This document shows positions 28,531 through 42,271 of a stretch of DNA of 64,000 nucleotides, piece by piece. Origin of the DNA: Phyllobates terribilis (taxonomy: Eukaryota). A program made the position numbers and the translations under genes. Location: NCBI RefSeq assembly GCF_046119375.1, contig NW_027362769.1:367288001-367352000 (forward strand), read 5' to 3'. Positions within the stretch are counted from its first letter, which is position 1; every line of letters begins with the position of its first letter. The notes under the pieces are model-generated. The model searched no databases and was not told the DNA's origin. It was given only the letters and a program-made list of their open reading frames with translations.

Positions 28531-30092
28531 CCGCAGCTTCTAATTATATATGTTTTACCTGTGATGAGAAATGTTTCAAAAACAGTCTGTAAATAAAAGG
28601 GCAGACACGACACCAGCTGCAAGTGATCTACACTTCATATAGAAACATCAGATCACTGCTGAATATACCTGTAACGGCACTGACAGTGATTAACCCCCAC
28701 TTCCATCATACCAGCATATTCGTAACATGCTATTCACTAATGTCCAGGAAGGGTCATTTCCGCACCTTACTACTCCCCTCATCATCCCTTGCATTCTGTA
28801 CAATCTACATGTGACATTCTGGCTGCTCCCGGTGACTAATCTATAGGATCCTGACTGAGCTCTGACATTTCTAAGATGGGCTTGTCACTTCTGATAGAAT
28901 TGCTCTTGGGGTGCGGTGATGTGAGGAGGATTGTGGCTGCCAGGATTATTGCCTCTTCTAAGGACAGTGCAGGGAGGAAGCCGCGGTCAGCAGCACTGCT
29001 CCGATACTAAATATTTTGCCACCACTGGGATTTTCCGCTCATCAGAAATGACAATATTTACTTTCTCCTAATAACACTTGTATTGTAATTGTCAGAGATC
29101 ATAAAACTCAGATATCACTTGTTTCTTCATATGAAGATTTGCATTTAGAGAATGTTATTTTCATGTAGAAGATAATGACAACAGCTCAGGTCAAATAAAA
29201 AAGGAACCGTATAAATAACAAAATCACTGAGCAGCTGATTGATTCTCATTCCAGTGGTCCCATATCCAATGGAGAATACACTGTGATCTGGAAGGTGATT
29301 ACATGAATGTGCTCAGTGGAGTTTATCTATAGACCGGACAATTCTCTTCACAGCAGAAGTAGTAACACAATTACATGTAGAAGCTGCGGAAACTCCAAGG
29401 AGCGGGAAATTCAAACTCCCTAACGTCCTGTGTTCAGCCAATCAGCAGAGGAAGGGGAGGAGCTAATGTTAGTAGTTACCGAATAGGAAGTTCCCGCTCA
29501 GGGGCTGATGGCTTTTTCTGTCCTTCTGGATCACGTAGTTTCAGGACTGTCGGATATCAGGAAATTTGCTTGTGTTGAGCGATCAATGGTCTCTTGGTTC
29601 CATACAGGAATTTCTATCATTTTCCAGGATCCAGGGAACAGTATCCGCTTTCTATAAACACAAAGTGCAGAACTGATTCTAACAATGGTGACTCCATCAC
29701 ACCAGCAATATGCCGGGAATATAAAGAAACGAGATACTGCAGTTTACAGAGAACTTTGAAAGAAGGAGGCGGGGATTTTATAAAATGTAGGTTAATATTA
29801 TCTAGATAAACCTACTACAGAGCTGCAGAGGATATTAGTCTCTTAATCCTGATGCGTTTTCAGGATCAGACCCGTGCTGCTGATAGGAGTCAGCGAGTGT
29901 TCACAGGAGATAGCGCTGGATAATGGACGTCCTATAATGATCGCATCATATACACCAAGAAATCTGCGCATGCTTTCTAGATTTCTTCACAACACCGTAC
30001 AGACTCCTAATAGATTATATAAAGATATTATTCAATAATCAGGGTAGAGAAGCAGATGTGAGGGATTAGCTCGTTATTATGGAGGATTTGGT

Positions 30093-30108
30093 GGCTCTGA
30101 AAAGAGCC
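30093..30108 (-). promoter_or_regulatory. Histone 3' stem-loop of H3
   Basis: GGCTCTTTTCAGAGCC-ACCA on the minus strand. Confidence 0.95.
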
Positions 30109-30139
30109 TTTGTGTTATAGTCAGACGTGTAGGACGGAT

Positions 30140-30646
<507 letters not shown>

Positions 30647-31196
30647 CTACAACTCTATTGGCTAGTTCATAAATTAACATGAGCCGCCAAAACACGTGCG
30701 ATGTCTGCGGCCAATCATTATTCACGAAATCAACCCAACACCCAGTAATCCCGCCCTCATAAAGAGGGGCAGGGTCTCTGTTCACACTCTTTTCTGGCTG
30801 CGGATACTGGCACAGGGTCACACCATGTCTACATGCGGCTTCTACAGCAAGAGCCGCAGTCGTCACTGTTCTATGTCACCAGTACACGGAGCTGTACAGG
30901 CTCTAATCTATCATCAGTCAAATCACTGGTTCTCCAATTCTCACATCGAAGTAATAACCGCACACTAATCCTTTCACTAATAAAGACGCAGGTTACAAGT
31001 GGTGATTGATTAGGATGATGTAGATTTCTGTAGGACATCGGCCCCTTCCCTCCATTGATTACACTGATCGGTCACCTGCACTGGTGTGATCGGGACACAG
31101 CGCAGCTCTATGCGGAGATGTGGGGAAAAGCTTATTCATTATAACACTGGAGCCGCTCCCTGTACACACTATAATCTAGAAGAGGCAGGATATACG

Positions 31197-31899
31197 GGCA
31201 CTGATCATACAGCTCTGCCGGGGACAAGGTGGTGGCACTGATCATACAGCTCTGCCGGGGACAAGATGATGGCACTGATCATACAGCTCTGCCGGGGACA
31301 AGGTGGTGGCACTGATCATACAGCTCTGCCGGGGACAAGGTGGTGGCACTGATCATACAGCTCTGCCGGGGACAAGATGATGGCACTGATCATACAGCTC
31401 TGCCAGGGACAAGGTGGTGGCTCTGATCATACAGCTCTGAAGGGGACAAGGTGGTGGCACTGATCATACAGCTCTGTCGGGGACAAGGTGATGGCACTGA
31501 TCATACAGCTCTGTCGGGGACAAGGTGGTGGCACTGATCATACAGCTCTGCAGGGGACAAGGTGGTGGCACTGATCATACAGCTCTGCAGGGGACAAGGT
31601 GGTGGCACTGATCATACAGCTCTGCAGGGGACAAGGTGGTGGCACTGATCATACAGCTCTGCAGGGGACAAGGTGGTGGCACTGATTATACAGCTCTGCA
31701 GGGGACAATGTGGTGGCACTGATTATACAGCTCTGCAGGGGACAAGGTGGTGGCACTGATCATACAGCTCTGCAGGGGACAAGGTGGTGGCACTGATCAT
31801 ACAGCTCTGCAGGGGACAAGGTGGTGGCACTGATTATACAGCTCTGCAGGGGACAAGGTGGTGGCACTGATTATACAGCTCTGCAGGGGACAAGGTGGT
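31197..31899 (-). repeat. 37-bp tandem array (19 copies) immediately 3' of the H1 stem-loop; each unit carries an HDE-like AGAGCTGTA
   Basis: tacagctct recurs every 37 bp from 31208 to 31874. Confidence 0.93.
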
Positions 31900-31915
31900 G
31901 GCTCTGAAAAGAGCC
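31900..31915 (-). promoter_or_regulatory. Histone 3' stem-loop of H1
   Basis: GGCTCTTTTCAGAGCC-ACCACC on the minus strand. Confidence 0.95.
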
Positions 31916-31945
31916 TTTGTGGTGTAATAACAGGGCGGTTTTGGA

Positions 31946-32602
31946 TTATTTCTTAGCTGCGGGCTTCTTGGCTTTAGTTGCCTTCTTAGCAGGACTCTTG
32001 GCAGCTTTGGGTTTAGCAGCTTTCTTAGCCGGACTCTTCGTCACCTTCTTGGGCTTCGGAGCGGCCTTTGGCTTCTTGGGGCTCTTGGCCGCCTTCTTGG
32101 CAGCTGCTGCGGGCTTCTTGGCCTTTTTCGGGCTCTTCTTGGCCGCGGTCGGAGCCTTCTTGGGCTTCTTCGGAGACTTGGCGGCTTTCTTGGCTGCAGC
32201 AGGCTTCTTGGGCTTGGTCGCAGCTGCTGACTTCCTCTTGGCCGCTTTGTCCTTAGTCTCCTGCTGCTTCTTGTTCAGCTTGAAGGACCCGGAGGCGCCG
32301 CTGCCCTTCACCTGGAGGAGGGCGCCCTTGGTGACCAGAGACTTGACGGCCAGCTTCAGGCGGCTGTTGTTCTTCTCTACATCGTATCCTCCGGCAGACA
32401 GAGCCTTCTTCAGGGCGGCCAGAGACACCCCACTGCGCTCCTTAGAGGCGGACACGGCTTTCACGATCAGATCGGAGACGCTGGGACCGGAGGGTTTCTT
32501 GCTTTTCTTGGCGCCCCCGGCGGCGGATTTCTTCGGCAGTTTCTTGGATTTGGCGGCCGGTTCTGCGGGAGGGGGAGCGGCGGCTGGTGCGGTCTCTGCC
32601 AT
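31946..32602 (-). CDS. H1: Somatic linker histone H1 (218 aa)
   Basis: [14 protein letters not shown]..., globular domain ([28 protein letters not shown]...[10 protein letters not shown]), K/A/P-rich tail. Confidence 0.97.
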   Translation of the reverse strand: MAETAPAAAPPPAEPAAKSKKLPKKSAAGGAKKSKKPSGPSVSDLIVKAVSASKERSGVSLAALKKALSAGGYDVEKNNSRLKLAVKSLVTKGALLQVKGSGASGSFKLNKKQQETKDKAAKRKSAAATKPKKPAAAKKAAKSPKKPKKAPTAAKKSPKKAKKPAAAAKKAAKSPKKPKAAPKPKKVTKSPAKKAAKPKAAKSPAKKATKAKKPAAKK

Positions 32603-32669
32603 CGTGTGCTGCAGAACTAGAACACAAATATCTCCTGATAGGAAAACGCTGAGACCGGAGCTGGAGGCG

Positions 32670-32810
32670 CCTGTTATATGTACAGGCTTACTGCGCACTG
32701 ATTGGCTGCTGAGCTGCATCGTCCTGAGCATCTATTGGCTGACACTGAGCACAGGCCCCGCCTCCTTCTAGCTGATCCCGAGTGGAGCTCCGCTCTCCCC
32801 TTGTGCTTCC
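32670..32810 (-). promoter_or_regulatory. H1 promoter (TATA-like, two CCAAT boxes, GC box)
   Basis: catataac (minus) at ~32672-32679, attgg at 32701 and 32734, ccccgcc at 32756-32762. Confidence 0.65.
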
Positions 32811-33399
32811 CTGCCCGGGATAAAAGCCCTTTACCGGCTAACACCGGACAGCAGAGCGCGCTTTCTCTGTCGCTTCCTCTTCTCCATCATCTCCACTGAC
32901 CGTTTGTAGCCGTCACCAGCAGAGATGCCGGGAAAGAGCCGAGAGGAGGTCCCGGGATCATCGCCTTCGTCCTCCCGATCTGCGCATCACTGTGTATCCG
33001 CGAAGATAAAACTGCTGCGGGAGCTCGTTCCTCCTATTCCCGGCTCTTGTCACCATCACAGGGATCTTTACTACAATATCCATCGTACAGGAAGCGGATT
33101 GTACGATGTGGGGACGACCTGGAGCTGCTGAGAGCCCAGAAGGGTAACACAGGCGATGGCCTCCGCTGACCGCCACCTCCCTGACCTGTAATATAAGTAC
33201 ACCCCGTATGTGCAGAGTATTGGGGGTGAATACGTATCCACATCAGTAGATGATCCACATAGGGGGCTGATTGCAATCACCTGTGTAATATCGTGTCTGA
33301 CCCTGTGTGTAGCTGTGACGCTGCAGCAGGTAATGGAGGGAAGAGCTCTGATAAGGCGCCAGCTTCACAATGCGACTCATCCCCCAACCAAACACATAA

Positions 33400-33740
33400 A
33401 CATCTCCGGTGAGATAACTGTGACCATGCATACCAGGAAAGGGGGTGAGGGGGTCATACATACCAGGATTGGGGGATAATGAGGCTATGCATACCAGGAT
33501 TAGGGAATGAGGGGGCCACACATACCAAGATTAGGGGATAAGGAGGGCACGCATACCAGGATTGGAAGATGAGGGGGGCCACGCATACCTGGATTGGGGG
33601 ATGAGGGGGGCATCCATACCAGGATTGGGGGATGAGGAGGCCATGCATACTCGAGTCAATACGTTTTCCCATTTTTTTGTGGTAAAATTAGGGGCCTCGG
33701 CTTATACTCTGGTTGGCTTTTATAAAATATACAGTATTTT
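33400..33740. mobile_element. Fragment of a non-autonomous DNA transposon with ~30-bp internal repeats (gcataccaggattgggggatgagg)
   Basis: Repeated units, and a terminus-like ggcctcggcttatactc...atatacagta. Duplicated at 59955-60140. Confidence 0.5.
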
Positions 33741-34652
33741 AAAATCAGTGAGTACGTGGTGCCCATAATATTGCAGGACTGTGGGGTGCATTATACTATA
33801 TGGGGGCTGCATTTTACCCTATAGGGTGTGTAATATACTGTATGGAGGGCTAGGGGGAGTGCATTATATTCTATGGACCATGGGAAGTTCATTGTACTAT
33901 ATGGAGGATTATGGGGGGCGCATTATATTATATGGAGGATTATGGAGGGCACATTATACTATATGGAAGGCTAGGTGGGGCCATTATAATATTTTGAGGC
34001 CTATGTGGGGGGCCATTATACTGTATGAAAGAAATTATATGGTGTGAAAGTTTGTGTGGGGTCCATCATACTGTTTGAAGGGCTGTGTAGGGGCTATTAT
34101 ACTGTATGTAAGCCCATTATGCTGTATGGAGGGCTGTGTAGGGGTCACAATTGGGGGATCATACTGTGTTGGGGTCACCAAACTTTGCCTTGGGATTTGA
34201 GGTGGGGTACAATAGCTTCATTATACTGTGCATGTGGAGGCATTCTCCTTGTGGGTGTCATACTGTGTTTGGGGGACACTTTTATGGGGTGTCATACTTT
34301 ATGGGGGCAATGAAAGAGGAATCTAGGACTTCAGCAGGAGGAAAATTACTAAGTAAAGGCTGGAAAGTTGTGAGATCTGCTCTTCTGTGACACAGATAAA
34401 TATATAAAAAGGAGACCCCGGAATATCTGATCTGGGGAGCAAGTGGTTGAGTTAAAAGCCACTGAACACAGGACAACTCGCTCAAAAATTACTGAAAGGA
34501 TCAGAGCTGTGAAGGAACTCATTCATAGTTTTCACTATCAGTCTAGAAAGGCTTAATCAGCTCTACTAGCGCCACCTGCCATTTACCCTGTGAATAGACG
34601 TAGACAGGAGAGGACACAGGAGCAGCCACAGCTCTGATGTAGATGGTGTGGT

Positions 34653-34930
<278 letters not shown>

Positions 34931-35107
34931 TTAGTGATGGACCCTCTGCAGCGGCAGAGCAGGGAGAGCGATCTCCCTGCTCTGCCTACTGCTGCAGTGC
35001 CCCTCTGCCTCCTCTTCGCAGAGCGACACTGCTGGTGCGTGAAAAGGAGGTCAGTCTCAGGCTTTCTGTGCGCACTGTGGAGGATGGACCGGCGTCGCCC
35101 CAGGCAG

Positions 35108-35432
35108 CGGCAGCAGAATGTATGGGCTCCTACCAGGTATATATTATTGGAGGCAGGAGAATGTATGGGCTCCTGGCAGGTATATATTATTGGAGGCAGG
35201 AGAATGTATGGGCTCCTGTCAGGTATATATTATTGGAGGCAGCAGAATGTATGGGCTCCTACCAGGTATATATTATTGGAGGCAGGAGAATGTATGGGCT
35301 CCTGGCAGGTATATATTACTGGAGGCAGGAGAATGTATGGGCTCCTGGCAGGTATATATTACTGGAGGCAGAAGAATGTATAGGCTCCTGTCAGGTATAT
35401 ATTATTGGAGGCAGGAGAATGTATAGGCTCTA
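35108..35432. repeat. 43-bp tandem repeat (~8 copies; 3 copies in the duplicate at 61523-61630)
   Basis: gaatgtat at 35116, 35159, ... 35417. Confidence 0.9.
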
Positions 35433-36596
35433 TTAATATGGCTGTGGTGAAATACAACTCAGCAAAAAAAATCTGTGGACTGGCTCCGTACCGTCCCTGG
35501 CCACATTCACCTGTCCATGTGTTTGTGGTTAGGCGGTCCTTCCCAGTAAGTTCACTGGGGAGGGCACGGGTAATGTTGTGGCACCCGTGCTTGTGGAGAA
35601 GACACCGGGACAAATAGTGGCGGCTGGGAACCAAATATGGATAGTATGGAGTATGGATACTCGGTCGCCGCCACCATAAGATTGTGGACAGCTTCCCCCT
35701 CCATGAGCCTAAAAGGCCACATTTCAAGTGCAAGCAGCTGTCAAAAATTTGGCAGTATATTATTGCGGCCTGTGGGTGGGTGGTTGGCTGGCTGCATATT
35801 TGCGCTTCCATTCCAAGGAATGGGTTAGGGACAACTGAACGCTGCACTGGGACAAGGACGTGGACGGTGATTGTTGCAAGTCTGCAGCGACAGGTGCATG
35901 GCGGGAGGCATCTTTGCATGAGCCAAGGATCACTTATGATGGGCACACTTTTAGGCAGTGACCTGGAAGTCAGAGATGCTTCCAGGGGTCTTCCCCATGC
36001 TGTTCCCATGTCTTTTCGGCACTGTATGCATGTTTCTGATGATGTGTCACACACCAGATGGCCAGATAAGGTTGTAAAATGACATTTCCCAGTGATTGCA
36101 TTTGTCTTGGTTGAAAGCAATGCAAAAGTGCAAAAACGCATCAAAAACGCTACGTGTGAACATAGCCCAAGGTGTGGAGAAATATTTTTGGTTTTGGTTA
36201 TTTATTTTGCCATATTCACAAGTTATTACCCTGGAAAGGATGTTCCTTGACATATTTCCCAGGAAAATCCATTTTGGATTCGTTTTTGTATGTTTTATTG
36301 TGAGTCCGTAAAAGTGGCGTAATACCTCTGACAACATTGCAGACAGCAGTGACCTGGGAGTCAGAAATGCTTCCAGGGGTCTTCCCCATGCTGTTACCAT
36401 ATCATTTGAGCACTGTTCCCATCGATTTGGGTAATTTTTAGGCCCTCTGCAGACTGCTGGGGAGAGCCGCCTGAAAAATGCTCGAGTTTCCCATAGACTT
36501 ACATTGGGCTCGTTGCTCAGGTCGAGCACCCGAGTATTCCAATTTGCTCGACCCGAGCAACGAGTACCTGAGCATTTTAGTGCTCGCTCATCACTA
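35433..36596 (-). mobile_element. Internally deleted hAT element with transposase core relic
   Basis: Terminus TAGTGATGAGCGAGC on the minus strand at 36596. LTTNTWTGECGQGRY resembles the hAT first-catalytic-Asp region (xTDxW). Confidence 0.7.
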
Positions 36597-37306
36597 TTCG
36601 CGACCGACCCATCACTACAGTCAAGGTTCCTCAGCCGGGTGATGTCGGTCGACAGAAAGGGAACAGGTTTCGGTGGCACGGTTCTCAGACGTGTGCACTA
36701 GTGACGTAGCAGAAGCTCCGGAGGTGTCAGATGGGAGATTCACGGTCAGGTCAGTGACCAGGAATGACACGCGAGACGAGACGCTACCTCTGACAGGGAC
36801 ATACGGTACCGGGAACGGATAGAGGGAAAGACAATAGTTAGACTGGGACCAGCAGACGCCAGAGCGACATTGCAAAAGTGGATAGAGAGTTACGGGGGAA
36901 ACGGGCAGCAAGTTGTGATAGGAACAGAGTATTGCCAAAGATTTAAAAGACTACCCCTTGCCCACTATAGTTAATGACAATCTAACTCCCCTTCCCTCCA
37001 ATAGATCATTTTAAACTACCAGCCCCTGAATTCTAGTGTATTCTGATTTATTCTGTTATGTGGTTTACGGCTGATTTTACTGTCAAATGTTGTAAACAAA
37101 TTGTTACCATATAGTACATGTTTTACAGTTTATATTAGTTGTTAAATAAAAGAAATATACATTTGTTCCCCCTGTGTCTCCGCTGTTGCATACTGTTTAC
37201 CTGCATTATACAAGTAGAGAAAGTTGTCCATCTCATGTGGTGAGATATTACTGTGATATTAATCCTGATATTTTTGGAAGCTGCAAAATATTATACTCCA
37301 TTTAAA

Positions 37307-40100
37307 ATGGACAAGGTGCATGGTAAGGGACGGGAAAGTGGACGTGATGCTGATGGCGTACGCAGAGCCCAAGGCCGTGGGCAAGATGAAACTGTGCCTG
37401 CTGAGGGAGCACAACAAGCACACACATGTCAACCTAGCTTCCTGTCCCACTTTTTAGGGGGCTGCGGAGCACCACTCTTGAAGACAGAGCAGTGTGAAAA
37501 GGTTGTTGGTTGGATAGCAGATAATGCTTCAATCAGTTTGCCACTACCACCACCCTCTCTTCCACATGGTCCAGTCTCAGTAGCCGTGACTCTGGACCAC
37601 ATAATCCTCACCCTGATCCTCCTTCCTCCCACCATACCGAGTGTCCAGAGACAAGTGATCTCACACTTGGATACTCCGAACAGCTGCTCACATTTCCATT
37701 GATAGATTCTGGCCTCTCGCTTTGTCCACTTCAATCGGGGCAAGAGGAGAACGCATGTAGTGATGCCCAAAATTTTGAGCAGCCACGATCACACGAAGGC
37801 GACGGTGGGAAAGTGCAATTACTGTCGCAAAAGGTGGATGATGATGAGACACAATTGCCAGCAAGTCAGAAAGAGGCCCAGGGTGCGTACGTGGAAGACG
37901 AGGTGGTGGACGATGAAGTCACTGACCAAACCTGGCAAAATAACATGCATAGCAAGGAGAGCAGTGCAGAGAGGGAGAGAGGCGTATAACCACAACAAGC
38001 AGGAAGAAGCAGTGGGGTGGCCACAGACACAAGGCAGGCAACTGTTCCCCAAAACACCAATACGAGAGAAGTTGCCAGTCCAACTGTTAGTCTTCCAGAG
38101 TCTGGCTCTTTTTTAAAGACTGTCAAGATAACCCCAAAAAAGGCTATTTGCAACATCTGCCATGCCAGCATCAGCAGGAGCAGCAAAACTACCAGCCTGA
38201 CCACCACCAGTATGCTCAGGCACATGACAGCAAAGCACCTGACTAGTTGGCCAGTGATGGTATATTTCACTGACGGCACACTGGGTTAATATAATGGAAG
38301 CCGGGACCTAGTCGGACCTTGGGACGGTACACATCCTCCCGACGCCGAGGATTGCGGGCCCCGGGTCAATCCGGATTGCCCCCACATTCTAAAGCTCCTG
38401 CACCTCATCCTCCTCTTCAGCCTCCATCTATAAAAAGGACCACATCAGCTGGAAGCTGAAAGTACTGTATCACTACCTCGGCCAAGCAGCAACAGGCTCT
38501 GCTGAAGCTTATCTGCTTAGGCGACAAACTGCACACTGCTGCAGAGTTGTTGAAAGCTGTAACAAAGCAGGCAGATCTTTGTCTCTCACCACTGAACATA
38601 CAGCCAGGCATGGTCGTGGGTGACAATGGCCGGAACATGGTGGCGGCTCTGAGGATTGGCAACCTCACACACGTATAATACCTGGCCCATGTGCTTAACC
38701 TCGTGGTTCAGCGGTTTCTCAAAACCTACCCAGAGCGGCCTGAGCTTCTTTTGAAAGTATGCCATGTGTGCCCATTTCAGAAAGTCAGCTACAGCTTCTG
38801 CTGCCCTGACAGTGCTTCAGCAGCGTTTGCAGCTTCTAGCTGACCGACTAGTGTGTGATATCACCACACTTTGGAACTCAGCATATGTTAGGAAGGATTT
38901 GTGATCAGCAGAGGGCAGTTGTTGAGTACCAGCTTCAACAGGCAGTTGTAATTCAGGTCAGCCTAAGCACATTAGAGCTGATGAGTGGGCATGGATGTAT
39001 GACATCTGTGCAGTCCTCCAAAACTTTGAGGACTCCACCAAGATGGTGAGCGGCGATGACGCCATAATTAGTGTCACCATCCCGCTTCTCTGTCTACTGA
39101 AACGCTCTCTGTTCACAATTAAAGAGGAGGCATTGCAGGCGGAGCACGATGAGATGGAGCAAGGAACTTTACAGGGTGATTCCACACATCCCAGTCTCAC
39201 CTTATCTCAATGCAGATTGGGTGATAATGAGGAGGAAAAGGAGGAGAAGGAACAGGAACTGGTTTCCTGCGCTAAAGACGGTACTATCCACACCACATTC
39301 ATACCGTCTGTTCAGCGTGGATGGACTGAAAAGGGGGAGGACAAGAAGGAGGACCAGGATGAGGATGAGAACATGGACAGTTGTCCTCTTTGTGGGGACA
39401 GGGAAGTCTTGGCTGTTGGCTGTCTGGCGCACATGGCTGACTTTATGTTCCGCTGCCTTTTCTGTGACCCTCGCATTGTACGTATTTCGAACAACAGTAA
39501 TTACTGGTTGGTCACACTTCTAGATCCGTGCTACAAGGAGAACTTTCTATCTCTCCTTCCTGTGACTGAGAGGTCTAATAAAATGTTGCAGTACCAGAAG
39601 GCCCTTGTTGAAGAATTACTAAAAAAATCCCCTGCTGACAATGCTGGCGCCAGAGGTCACAGTTCCTTGGACAACCAAGGAGTGCAGGTGAGAGAAACAG
39701 AACTCCAATCCAGCAGAGGCAGGGGAACACTGTCAAAGGTGTGGGGCAGTTTTCTCAGACCCTCCCAGCGCCCAGGCCCTTATGAGCGGGGTAGTTTCAC
39801 AAGGAGGGAAAAGTTTTGGAAGATGCTGAAGAAGTACCTTGCTGACCGTACCAGAGTCCTCCGTAATTCCTCTGTGTCTTACAACTATTGTGTATCCAAG
39901 CTGGACACGTGTCATGAACTGTCTCTCTACATCTTGGAGGTCCTGGCTTGCCCTACCACTAGCGTTTTGTCAGAGCGGGTTTTTAGTGCCGCCGGGGGCA
40001 TTATAACTGATAGGAGCATCTAACTGTCAACTGAAAATACTGAAAATGCTGACAGGCTGACTCATCAAAATGAACAAGGGTTGGATTGGGCCAGACTTCT
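37307..40100 (+). pseudogene. Degraded hAT transposase (BED zinc finger, catalytic core, hATC dimerisation domain)
   Basis: AICNICHASISR...MLRHMTAKH (BED, ~38130-38240), DNGRNMV...LAHVLNLVVQ, RLVCDITTLWNS, CPTTSVLSERVFSAAGGII. Multiple stops and frameshifts. Confidence 0.88.
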
Positions 40101-40200
40101 CGATACCTCTGGATGATAGCATCGTAACATAAACTCAAATCCAGTGGGTTTTTTTGAAGAGTCTATTCCCATGCACCCCTTCACACCCAGACATGGGTAT

Positions 40201-42060
40201 TAGTGTTCAGCGAATTTGTTCGGCGAATGTTCGAAAGTTTCAAATTCGGCACGAATATGGCACATTCGGATTCGTGTTCGCAAAGGCGAGCAAATTTTCC
40301 TAAAATCGGAAAAGTTCGACGAATTTGCGTGGGATCGTGAATACAGGGCAACCACGGCGTTTTGAACAATTTTGTTAGCATAGTGCAAGTGTATGATGAG
40401 CGGTGACATGTGCCAGGTGATTGTGGGGGCTGTGGAGAGTTTAGAACAGGTCAGATCAGCGGCACACTGTTTTGTTTTTTTTCCTGTGGGCGGTAACTTT
40501 AACTGAGGAAAGCGCGGCCAGCCAATCATAACGCAAGAAGCATCTACACTGTCCAGACATAAGGGCTTCTGCAATTGGCTGCAGAAATCACATGTCCTCT
40601 CAATATAAAAAGCGGCCATGTTCCCTCAGCGCCATTATATCCATGTCACTGCTGGAGACAGACGCAGCTCAGTGTTCTCCTGTGTAATGAGAGATATGAG
40701 CTAGATAGATGGGCGCTTGTGTGGTAGTCAGATAGTGTAGATAATTCCTGGCCTGTGTACCTCTGCAACCGCTGGTGCAGCACATTTTTGATGTTCTTGT
40801 GCAAGTACTGAGATACTGACAGAAACAGAGGCCCCGTGCCATACAATAGTGCTGTGCACCGCTGGTATAGAGCTCCATGTCTCAGTATACCTTGAATCTT
40901 TTTTTGCACTTGCTAATGTGATCAAGCAAGCGCAGTGCATCTTTTCATTTAGTTGGGTTGAAATTGTGCTCTGCGCAGTCTGCAGAGCTTCTTATTGCAG
41001 AGCACAAAATCTGTTTTTTGTTTTTTTTTCTGTTGCTATTGTGATATTGAAAGCTGTGTGCACTAAAGTTGTTTTAGTATCAGATACTATTTTATGATGT
41101 GGGCCATCCCTATCTGTGTATTGGTGGTGTAAGATCAGTGTCCCAAAGTCATTTAACCCCTGAAAAACAACAGTTACTTATTAAAATCTGTGAAAACTGG
41201 CTATTTGCCCGCTTTGATGCCCACAACCCATTTGGGCCAGGCTGGAGTGATCTTAATTTTATGCGGGCCATCACTCTTTATGTAGTGGCTGTGTGAGCTC
41301 AGTGGCCCAAGTCATTTAACCCCTGAAAAACACTAGTAAATGGCTATTTGCCCGCTTTGATGCCCGTTCTGATACACAGAACCCATTTTGGCAAGGCTGG
41401 AGTGACCTGAATTTTATGCGGGCCATCACTAGATATGAAATGCTGATGTGAGATCAGTGGCCCAAAGTAATTTAATCCCTGAAAAACACAAATTACTTCT
41501 TCAAATCTGTGAAAAATGTCTATTTGCCGGTTCTGATGCCCAGAACTCATTTGGGCCAGTCTGGAGTGACCTGTTTTTGACGTGGGACATCACTATGTAT
41601 ATAGTGGTGGTGTGAGATCAGTGGCCCAAAATCATTTTACCCCTAAAACACACCAGTTACTTATTCAAATCTGTGAAAAGTGGCTATTTGCCCTCTTTGA
41701 TGCCCGTTCTGATGCCCAAAACCCTTTTGGGCCAGCCTAGAGTGATCTGAATTTTATGCGCGCCATCAGAATGTATGTAATGGTGGTGTGTTATCAGTGG
41801 CCCAATGTAATTTAACCCATGGAAAACACAAGTTGCTTATTCAAATCTGTGAAAAGTGGCTAGTTGCCCACTTTGATGCCCGTTGTGATGCCCATAACCC
41901 ATTTGTGCCAGACTGCAGTAACTTGAGTTAGATGTGGGGCATCCTAGTCCTTCGCCCAAAGTAATTTAACCTTTCCAATATCGCCCTTCATTGCCCACTT
42001 CGATGCTCATTTTTGTGCCAGTTTTATGACTTCTGTAGCCCCTTTTAAGAGTATTCACAT
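40201..42060 (+). mobile_element. Non-autonomous hAT-like element with subterminal tandem repeats (~120-170-bp units at 41120-41990)
   Basis: TAGTGTTCAGCG left terminus with TTCG-rich subterminal motifs. Repeated gatcagtggcccaaagtcatttaacccctgaaaa units. Right end not found. Confidence 0.6.
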
Positions 42061-42198
42061 AAGGGGACTTCGCTGCAATAAATTTTATTACTGTATTTTT
42101 TTGTTTTTGTAATTAATCCTGAAAAAAAAGAAACTGGACGAATAAGAAACCAACTTCAGCATCGTCTACAAATGAGCCATTTCTTAAAATCCACATTC

Positions 42199-42271
42199 TT
42201 CCACGCTACACGGTTTACAATCATGCCCAAAGACGTCCAGCTGGCTTTCCGGATCTGTGGAGAAAGATTAG
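42199..42271 (+). pseudogene. H3: Decayed 3' end of an H3 gene
   Basis: HATRFTIMPKDVQLAFRICGERL* versus [23 protein letters not shown]. The following agatctgtcc matches the H3 3' UTR start. Confidence 0.75.

Noticed and set aside
31197-31899. CRISPR-like appearance of the 37-, 39- and 43-bp arrays
   Set aside because: Head-to-tail repeats with no unique spacers, in a eukaryotic context.
36597-37010. GC-rich segment between the hAT pieces
   Set aside because: No termini, TSD or protein motif that I could assign.
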